From sequence record NC_010821.1: a stretch of 64,000 nt of DNA; one strand, given 5' to 3'. Both the position numbers and the translations under genes were made by a program. The first letter of the stretch is position 1. The number at the start of each line of letters is the position of its first letter. This document shows, one piece after another, positions 56,568 to 63,193 of this stretch. The notes beneath the pieces are model-generated. The model saw only the letters and a list, made by a program, of their open reading frames with translations, ran no database searches and was not told where the DNA came from.

Positions 56568-56987
56568 ATGCAAGAAGTAGCTAATTTCAAAAAGATCACC
56601 TCCGACATTCTGTCGAACATCGAAGCACTGAAAGAGAACCTCCAGGCCATCGCTACCTCGGATAACTTCCAAGGTATACTGGACGAGCTGAATGAACTCG
56701 ACGAACGTCGGGTTACGCTGCTGGAACCGATGCTGTTGCGGGTACGTCTGCAAGAAGCATTGGATCTATGCAATGACATCAGCTTGATCGATCACTGCAA
56801 TCGCCATGACCCTGAGCGTAAGAAGGTTACGGCTTATGGCGAAAGCTGGTTGACTGCTAACCAAGCTGAAGGTCGTGTAACGATCCCAGGCATCAAGCGC
56901 ATCCGTGAATGCCTGAACCCAGCGCTGGTCAGCATTCAGGACGGCAAGCGTATTGCTGAACTGATTCAAGAAGGCAAGATCAAGTAA
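56568..56987 (+). CDS. Protein with C-terminal ribosomal bL12 (L7/L12)-like domain
   Basis: IPGIKRIRE…SIQDGKRIAE aligns by eye with bL12 VAVIKAVR…GLKEAKDLVE; N-terminal coiled coil; AAGGAG RBS. Confidence 0.55.
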   Translation: MQEVANFKKITSDILSNIEALKENLQAIATSDNFQGILDELNELDERRVTLLEPMLLRVRLQEALDLCNDISLIDHCNRHDPERKKVTAYGESWLTANQAEGRVTIPGIKRIRECLNPALVSIQDGKRIAELIQEGKIK

Positions 56988-57006
56988 TTCCATCTGGAGC
57001 AAAAAC

Positions 57007-57360
57007 ATGATTGCAATTAACGCACATCTGGTAGCTGGTATCGCCTATGGTCTCAGCCTTAAGCATGACCACGCCTATGGTAGTCATTGGTTCTTCGGCA
57101 AGGAATACTACGCCGTCGAAACTAGTTGGGGCGATGGCTTGCTGCTCGACTTCATCCAACTCAAAGCTGAGGAGCTTTATCCTGAGCTGGCGAAGACTGC
57201 ATCGTTCCCTGATACCTTCTGGGCACTTTACAAAGTCCGTCTAAGCATCTTTACATACGCCGAAGACGTCAAGACCTACTTCATTCACAAACGTCGTTTC
57301 AAGCGTCACTTGAAGAAGGCTCTGATCCATAGCCGCGCCGGAAAAGGTATTAGCAGTTGA
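57007..57360 (+). CDS. Hypothetical protein with basic C-terminus
   Basis: 117 aa, GGAG RBS. Confidence 0.7.
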   Translation: MIAINAHLVAGIAYGLSLKHDHAYGSHWFFGKEYYAVETSWGDGLLLDFIQLKAEELYPELAKTASFPDTFWALYKVRLSIFTYAEDVKTYFIHKRRFKRHLKKALIHSRAGKGISS

Positions 57361-57668
57361 GGCTGGCGGGTAAGATCTTTTTACCCGTTAGTTGTGTAGC
57401 CATAACCGCCATCGTGATATTCATGTTCGAGGCACGACGTCATCGGGAAGCTTATTCCGATATAAGAAAAGCAGCCGATGGTCTTGAACAACGTTACACT
57501 GAATGGCTAGACAAAACGGGTAGTCCAGTAGAAGCTTTAAGATTGGTTACTTTCTATTACGATGGCTTGATGACTCGATACGGTCCGTACCGTCATAGTA
57601 GCTTAGAAGCCGCTGAAGCTTTGGCCTATTTGGAACTCACCTTTGAATTATTAAAACGTCACCTTTGA
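57357..57668 (+). CDS. Membrane-anchored hypothetical protein
   Basis: 103 aa, TTG start overlapping the upstream stop, N-terminal TM. Confidence 0.55.
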   Translation: MRLAGKIFLPVSCVAITAIVIFMFEARRHREAYSDIRKAADGLEQRYTEWLDKTGSPVEALRLVTFYYDGLMTRYGPYRHSSLEAAEALAYLELTFELLKRHL

Positions 57669-57685
57669 TGACCTGGGGAAACACT

Positions 57686-58012
57686 ATGAAACATTCAGCC
57701 ATTGCATCGTGTGTTATTGGTACCGCCTTGACAGTCGGTGCAATTGTTGGTTTGAGTGTGTGGAGCAACCGTACTAAATGGGACTCCGAAATCGCTGAGG
57801 CTACTATCGCAGAACTGAACGACGACTACAACCTCGCCATTGCAGCCCATCCGGCTGATCGCAACCGTGCTCTGTTCGCATTGGACGTAGCGGTCCGTAA
57901 ACGTCGTGGTAACTTCGAAGCGACCTACGGCGCGTTCGATGAATACGTCGACTGGGCGATTCGTTATGAAGCTCAAGTTGAAAACCTTCGCAAGGTCATT
58001 CGCAAAGGTTAA
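57686..58012 (+). CDS. Membrane-anchored hypothetical protein
   Basis: MKHSAIASCVIGTALTVGAIVGLSVWS anchor, GGGGA RBS. Confidence 0.7.
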   Translation: MKHSAIASCVIGTALTVGAIVGLSVWSNRTKWDSEIAEATIAELNDDYNLAIAAHPADRNRALFALDVAVRKRRGNFEATYGAFDEYVDWAIRYEAQVENLRKVIRKG

Positions 58013-58015
58013 CGG

Positions 58016-58055
58016 CATAAAGCCCCTCCTTGCCGGGAGGGGCTTTATTATTTTG
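58016..58055 (+). terminator. Terminator, CATA family
   Basis: ATAAAGCCCCTCC-ttgccg-GGAGGGGCTTTAT 13-bp stem followed by T-rich sequence. Confidence 0.8.
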
Positions 58056-58131
58056 TCTCTAACGAGACGGTATTAGATTCGCTCACTGGGGGTACCAGCT
58101 ATGTAATTAATATCTTTCGGAGAACGTAATT

Positions 58132-58425
58132 ATGCGTATCCAATACACAAACCCCCATAAGGGTCAGCGCTATGTAAATCAACCCAATGTCACCGCATGT
58201 TATTTAATGCGAGAGACAGATCCTGACAATCAGTTATTCGTTAGTTTACCAGACGAACGAATAATTTTCGAGGCCATCAATTACGATGGCAAATCGTTAG
58301 GTTATTTGGGTAGGTATGGCCTCACCCCTCACAAAGGTGAAGCCACGGTACAACAGGGTCACCAGAACTTAGTCCTATATGACTGTGATAACGTCAAATG
58401 GATTAAGAAAGTAACCTTACACTGA
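58132..58425 (+). CDS. Hypothetical protein
   Basis: 97 aa, GGAG RBS, AT-richer codons. Confidence 0.65.
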   Translation: MRIQYTNPHKGQRYVNQPNVTACYLMRETDPDNQLFVSLPDERIIFEAINYDGKSLGYLGRYGLTPHKGEATVQQGHQNLVLYDCDNVKWIKKVTLH

Positions 58426-58439
58426 TCGTAGTGTTAACT

Positions 58440-58468
58440 GTAGTGTGTTGGTCGAAACAACACACTAC
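58440..58468 (+). terminator. Intergenic hairpin
   Basis: GTAGTGTGTTG-gtcgaaa-CAACACACTAC perfect 11-bp stem, no adjacent U tract. Confidence 0.5.
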
Positions 58469-58537
58469 TCTACATAAGATTGTATCTGATGTATTTTATT
58501 TTCTTTATAGTTGTATTTTTATTTAAGGAGCAACAAC

Positions 58538-59065
58538 ATGACTAATGTAAATATGTCGACCATTGGCGGTATTTACGTACTGGCCTCGGAAGGTCTGTAT
58601 GGTACCGAATACTGGACTGGCGGTAATGACTGGTCCTGTGACATCAATAATGCAACCCAGCTCGGTACCGGTGGTGCCATGCACTGGATTGCCAAGCTCA
58701 CTGGTCGTGCTGTCAAAGTGAAGGCAGTCGAGATCGATGGTACTATTGACGTGATGCATTGGCCCGATATTGGTTGGGTTGTGGTTAACCATCGTGAATG
58801 GCCAGTAACCGTACACCGGTTGTACATGGTGGGCAACTATGGTGAAGGCTGGTTCTTCGAGAACGAGGGTACCGTTGAGCGTAAGCTCTGCCGTAATCTC
58901 GGTAACGGTACCTATCACGATATCACTGTCCGTGGTAAAGAGATCACTGGTTCGACCCTTCGCAGTGAAGGTGAGGCCTTTGAAAACTTCACTGCTTTCA
59001 ACATCCCCAACAAATCGAATCTGGTTTATCAGTTCGAGTTCGACCCTAAGCCAGTGGAGTTTTAA
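58538..59065 (+). CDS. Hypothetical beta-rich protein ending …FDPKPVEF
   Basis: AAGGAG RBS before ATG 58538. Confidence 0.75.
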   Translation: MTNVNMSTIGGIYVLASEGLYGTEYWTGGNDWSCDINNATQLGTGGAMHWIAKLTGRAVKVKAVEIDGTIDVMHWPDIGWVVVNHREWPVTVHRLYMVGNYGEGWFFENEGTVERKLCRNLGNGTYHDITVRGKEITGSTLRSEGEAFENFTAFNIPNKSNLVYQFEFDPKPVEF

Positions 59066-59066
59066 T

Positions 59067-59423
59067 ATGACCGAATACTATCCTACCCTAAAGGAGGTAC
59101 TCGAGTTATTGGGGGAGGATTGTATTCTTGTTGGGTCCGCTACATGGAAACCTGAAGCTGAATGCAAAGACTTTGATTTCGTTATTAACGATATCGGTGT
59201 TACTCGACTACTCGAGCACTACGGATACTATATTTATCAGGAAGCTGACACTTGGTGGCAATATATACCAATTGACAGCGCTGGCAAATGTGTTGATTTT
59301 TTCCTCGGGTTATGTAATATCGTTGACAAATCAAAGTTCCACCTTCGCCTGACTTATGAACAAGCTTCCGAATTACCATTGACAATTAAAGTCATTGGTG
59401 GCGTGGAAGTACTATCCATTTAA
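59067..59423 (+). CDS. Minimal Pol-beta-superfamily nucleotidyltransferase (MNT-like)
   Basis: ILVGSATW…KDFDFVI…VDFF gives hGS, DxD and a third Asp in 118 aa; GGAG RBS before ATG 59067. Confidence 0.65.
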   Translation: MTEYYPTLKEVLELLGEDCILVGSATWKPEAECKDFDFVINDIGVTRLLEHYGYYIYQEADTWWQYIPIDSAGKCVDFFLGLCNIVDKSKFHLRLTYEQASELPLTIKVIGGVEVLSI

Positions 59424-59436
59424 GAGGAGCTTTAAT

Positions 59437-59949
59437 ATGGACATGCAAAAACTGTTTGAAATGATCAGCCGTGTTGCAGATACCTCCAATGCATTACTGA
59501 TCCCAGATCGCAGTGTCATCGTCAGTTGGATCAAAGCCACTGAAGAGCCTGAAATGTTCTTCGGTATCCCTCAACTCTGGGATATCATCGATACCTTGCG
59601 TGAGAGTACTTACTCCACGGTGAGTGAAAAACGTTCGATGACCAAAGAAGCCCTGCGCCTGATCGTTCAAGAACTCATTGAACGTCGTGGTCTGGATCTG
59701 ATGTACCGATTCCCTAATGTGGGCGCTTCTCTGCATGTAGGGGTTGTAGTACGTGATACCCACACTGGTAGCGAGGCCATCTACGGTATCCGTGATGTCA
59801 ATCCTGACGGTGAACCAACTTGGGAATACCTCCCAATTGACCACTCACGTTTCTTCGACGTCATCCAATGGCGAATGAATCATGCGTGCCGCCAAAGTAT
59901 TTACGGCTGGCATGATCCGATCCACATCAACAAACCACTGGAGTTTTAA
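59437..59949 (+). CDS. Hypothetical protein ending …IHINKPLEF
   Basis: GAGGAG RBS before ATG 59437. Confidence 0.75.
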   Translation: MDMQKLFEMISRVADTSNALLIPDRSVIVSWIKATEEPEMFFGIPQLWDIIDTLRESTYSTVSEKRSMTKEALRLIVQELIERRGLDLMYRFPNVGASLHVGVVVRDTHTGSEAIYGIRDVNPDGEPTWEYLPIDHSRFFDVIQWRMNHACRQSIYGWHDPIHINKPLEF

Positions 59950-59951
59950 AT

Positions 59952-60560
59952 ATGCAATCCATCGCTAAAGCAGTAGGTTCCGTTACCTTCCCAGAATACA
60001 CCGGTGCACAAGTGTACATGGTTGAAGCTACTCCTGAAACCGTAGCGGATGTCGCCCCGGCTCAGTACGTGGCCATGATCATCCAATCGATCAAAGACGC
60101 TATGATTGCAGCGGGTACAAAGTTCTTCCTGACTATTGACGAGCGTGAAGTTCAGGAAGGTACCGCGCATCGCCGTGGTGGTGCACACATTGACGGCAAC
60201 TTCCTCTATGGTTGGGGTGGTGGCGGTGGTAATGGTTGGCTGAATGGCGTACCGGGCCGTATCCTCACACCAGAACAACACTCTGCTCAGTACCTCTCAG
60301 AAATGGGTGGTACTATTATCGCTACCAACTACCCAGGTTGCAAGGTCTGGTCCGGTAGCTATAATAGCGAACCAGGGCGTGGTGGTAGCTGTGAACACTT
60401 CCGTGACGAACTGGAAACCATGGATCAGTTCACCATGGAACCCAATAAAGCATACCTGATGAACTCGACCTGTGTGCATCAGTCGATGCCATTGGATCGT
60501 ACGGTTAAACGTCAACTCGTTCGACTCACTCTGGACAACACTGTTCAAGTAACGCAATAA
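59952..60560 (+). CDS. 2-oxoglutarate/Fe(II)-dependent dioxygenase-like protein
   Basis: LTIDE…HRRGGAHIDG (HxD), distal CVHQSMP (His) and KRQLVRL (2OG-binding Arg) in DSBH order. Confidence 0.7.
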   Translation: MQSIAKAVGSVTFPEYTGAQVYMVEATPETVADVAPAQYVAMIIQSIKDAMIAAGTKFFLTIDEREVQEGTAHRRGGAHIDGNFLYGWGGGGGNGWLNGVPGRILTPEQHSAQYLSEMGGTIIATNYPGCKVWSGSYNSEPGRGGSCEHFRDELETMDQFTMEPNKAYLMNSTCVHQSMPLDRTVKRQLVRLTLDNTVQVTQ

Positions 60561-60581
60561 TTTCAACCAAGGAGTAACAAC

Positions 60582-60857
60582 ATGATCCCGTACGACAAAC
60601 TGGAACAATTCGTAACCACTGCCGCTCGTGACAATGCTCGTCAATGGGTAGCTGAAAACGTTACTGGTGATGCCGGCACCAAAAAGGTTGCCGAAATCAT
60701 CGTAGCTAAAAAGATCGAAGAGATCGTGCGTAACCCAGCGAATGAGAACTACGGGTTCCGTGTTGCTCATCTGTATCTCATGAACTGCACGTTCGACGGT
60801 AACAAACTGATCCACACCGACAAACCACTGGAACCATTTTCATTTATCAAGGAGTAA
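60582..60857 (+). CDS. Hypothetical protein ending …IHTDKPLEPFSFIKE
   Basis: 91 aa, AAGGAG RBS. Confidence 0.75.
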   Translation: MIPYDKLEQFVTTAARDNARQWVAENVTGDAGTKKVAEIIVAKKIEEIVRNPANENYGFRVAHLYLMNCTFDGNKLIHTDKPLEPFSFIKE

Positions 60858-60861
60858 TAAC

Positions 60862-61362
60862 ATGTTCTTCAAAGAAAACTACAGCTTCGAATTGGGTACT
60901 TTCGCTTCTCACGTGGCGGTGGTTGAACATATCCGTGAAGCAGCCGACGATCCTGTCCAGTTTGACCGTTTCCTGGCGTCGTACAACACCGGTGACCAGA
61001 ACACCCTCAAAGCGGTCGAAGACTTTACGATGCTCGATCTGAACTATCTCTGGGCACTCAATCTGGAGGTGGGTGTTCAATCGATGGCGATTTATCGTCA
61101 CGGTGTTGATACACCGATTGTGGTAATTGAAGAGCGTATGGCGTGGGCTGGTACATCGGAACATACCCACATGGCTGAGTTCGTCAGTCACCACACCGGT
61201 AAGTCGAAGGCACTTCAACGTAAGTTGGGAGCGGAGTTCATTCTCAAGCAACTGAACCTCCTTTCGATCCGTTCTCTCGAAGCTCAGGTCCGTGAAGTTC
61301 GTAAGCACGATGAGACCGGTTGGGCTACTTGTGCATTGGCAACCATCGACGCAGGGAAATAA
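60862..61362 (+). CDS. Hypothetical protein
   Basis: 166 aa, AAGGAG RBS. Confidence 0.75.
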   Translation: MFFKENYSFELGTFASHVAVVEHIREAADDPVQFDRFLASYNTGDQNTLKAVEDFTMLDLNYLWALNLEVGVQSMAIYRHGVDTPIVVIEERMAWAGTSEHTHMAEFVSHHTGKSKALQRKLGAEFILKQLNLLSIRSLEAQVREVRKHDETGWATCALATIDAGK

Positions 61363-61363
61363 C

Positions 61364-61651
61364 ATGGCTACTGAATGGACTGCACCAGTAAGTACTCCAA
61401 CTGAATTGTTCATTGCCTTCGCAAATGACGAGAAATCGTTCGGCGATATCTTCAGTGCATGCATCGCGCATTTCGGTTCCGATGTACCATTGGACCAACT
61501 GCGTATCTCTTACGTTCAGTGGGAACATCAACGTGATTGTCATTGCTGTCCACTGGCTTCAGTCCAGTATGGCGATTACTATCGCATCGAACTCGTCTCT
61601 GAAAAATGTGAAGAGACTCCACCATGCACACTCGCTCAACTGACTACGTGA
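61364..61651 (+). CDS. Hypothetical protein with C-H-C-C motif
   Basis: 95 aa from ATG 61364; RDCHCCP. Confidence 0.7.
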   Translation: MATEWTAPVSTPTELFIAFANDEKSFGDIFSACIAHFGSDVPLDQLRISYVQWEHQRDCHCCPLASVQYGDYYRIELVSEKCEETPPCTLAQLTT

Positions 61652-61743
61652 AATACGATTTGGGCACCACCGTCATCCTTTGGGGGCTAGGTATTGGCCT
61701 AGCCGGTGGCTTTATCTACAACTTAATAAAGGACTTCCTATGA
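61648..61743 (+). CDS. 31-aa single-TM microprotein MKYDLGTTVILWGLGIGLAGGFIYNLIKDFL
   Basis: GTG start in a GTGA overlap with the upstream stop and TGA in an ATGA overlap with the downstream start; fills the gap exactly. Confidence 0.6.
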   Translation: MKYDLGTTVILWGLGIGLAGGFIYNLIKDFL

Positions 61744-62093
61744 ACACTGCTGAAACTATTCGTCAAATCCACATCGATCGCGATAAAGAGCTTTTCGATC
61801 ACATTGTGGCTGAAATCATGCCGAAGCTGGCTGACCGCGAATGGTTGTTGGACCATCGTAACTACAATCGTTATGACGATGGCGAGATTACCTATTCCTT
61901 CAGGGTTAGTGATATCATCGCCAGTGTCATCGGTCCGAGTGAACGTACCTACGCTTCTACTCAGCTCAACAATCTCATTTACGGACATTTTAATGAGCTG
62001 GGTTTCGTTGCTCGGATCACCAGCGTTAATGAACTCACTCTGAAGACTCCTCCGATGGCGTCAATCGATGAGGACATTGACGATGCTGCGTAA
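61740..62093 (+). CDS. Hypothetical protein
   Basis: 117 aa from ATG 61740, AAGGA RBS. Confidence 0.72.
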   Translation: MNTAETIRQIHIDRDKELFDHIVAEIMPKLADREWLLDHRNYNRYDDGEITYSFRVSDIIASVIGPSERTYASTQLNNLIYGHFNELGFVARITSVNELTLKTPPMASIDEDIDDAA

Positions 62094-62451
62094 ACTCTAC
62101 GGTCGTTGGCTGGCAAATCAAATCGAGAAAGTGCTTCATTCAGGTGACTACAATTACCTGCGTCCGTACATGTGCCACGCTGTTCGAAAGGTTCTGCCTT
62201 TCCCAGTATGTTTATTGGTGAACGCGCACATCACACGTGTCCTTGCCAGTAATGACACACTACACGGACATATCGCCATGAGATTCCCTGACTTCTTCCG
62301 CTGGGATTGGGCGCAACGAGAACCAGTGCATCGGCAGTTCTGGATCTACATGTGCGATGCTTTGCGTCAAGGTCATTTCGACTATGGTAAGATCCCCAAC
62401 CTCTATGACCTACGTTTGGTCGGAGCTGACCGGATCGATATTACGGTCTAA
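62083..62451 (+). CDS. Hypothetical protein with duplicated YMCxA motif
   Basis: 122 aa from ATG 62083, GAGGA RBS. Confidence 0.68.
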   Translation: MLRKLYGRWLANQIEKVLHSGDYNYLRPYMCHAVRKVLPFPVCLLVNAHITRVLASNDTLHGHIAMRFPDFFRWDWAQREPVHRQFWIYMCDALRQGHFDYGKIPNLYDLRLVGADRIDITV

Positions 62452-62467
62452 CTAAATAGGAGTTAAC

Positions 62468-62677
62468 ATGAAAGTTTATACTGGTCCATTTGGTCATTAC
62501 AACGCTGGTAGTGTCGGTGCTGTTCTGAACGCGCTGTGTGAACAAGAAGGTCGTTCCTGTGGTGTGGTTGGTAACTACGTCATCGGTAACGGTAAAGTAA
62601 TGCAGAACGGCTTGAACGAGCGGGTTGTTGCTACCTTTGTATGGGATGGCGATGATATCAAGTTCACCTGGCTGTAA
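62468..62677 (+). CDS. Hypothetical protein
   Basis: 69 aa, AGGAG RBS. Confidence 0.72.
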   Translation: MKVYTGPFGHYNAGSVGAVLNALCEQEGRSCGVVGNYVIGNGKVMQNGLNERVVATFVWDGDDIKFTWL

Positions 62678-62692
62678 CGGCATAAAGGAGAA

Positions 62693-62720
62693 GCTCACTG
62701 GGGCACTACTCCCAGTGAGC
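62693..62720 (+). terminator. Hairpin after the early operon
   Basis: GCTCACTGGG-gcactact-CCCAGTGAGC 10-bp stem preceded by CGGCATAAAG. Confidence 0.6.
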
Positions 62721-62874
62721 TAACCGTCGTCTAGGATTAGTGGTCCTGTCCAACGGGTTGACTGCTTAACGTTCAATTCAATTGAATCCCCTCGTGGGAC
62801 CAATTTTCAATCCAGTCTTACAGTCTGGTACGATACAATCATTCACATATAATCTACGCAGGAGTAAACTTTTA

Positions 62875-63150
62875 ATGAATACCCCAGCATCAACCTGCTC
62901 CATTGGCGTTGTAACTCAAGAAGTCTATTCCGATTTCGATATGACTCGTGTACTGCGCGAGTTGAAAGAAGCGATGCGTAAGGGTAATCAATCACGCACG
63001 TTCCACCGCAATGACGATCCAGCGTCGGATAAAGCTGGTGAGTTGCATCCAATGCAGGCGGCCCGACTGGCATACAACGGCTGGACTGTCGAGCGTAGCT
63101 TCAGTGCCTATACCGTGAGTGGCTGGGCGATTCGCGATAAAGAAGAATGA
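62875..63150 (+). CDS. Hypothetical protein
   Basis: 91 aa from ATG 62875, AGGAG RBS. Confidence 0.7.
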   Translation: MNTPASTCSIGVVTQEVYSDFDMTRVLRELKEAMRKGNQSRTFHRNDDPASDKAGELHPMQAARLAYNGWTVERSFSAYTVSGWAIRDKEE

Positions 63151-63193
63151 CATAAAGCCTCTCCTTCGGGAGAGGCCTATGTTGTTTATTTTT
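63151..63193. terminator. Bidirectional terminator, CATA…TATG family
   Basis: CATA-AA-GCCTCTCC-ttcg-GGAGAGGC-C-TATG between convergent genes. Confidence 0.8.
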
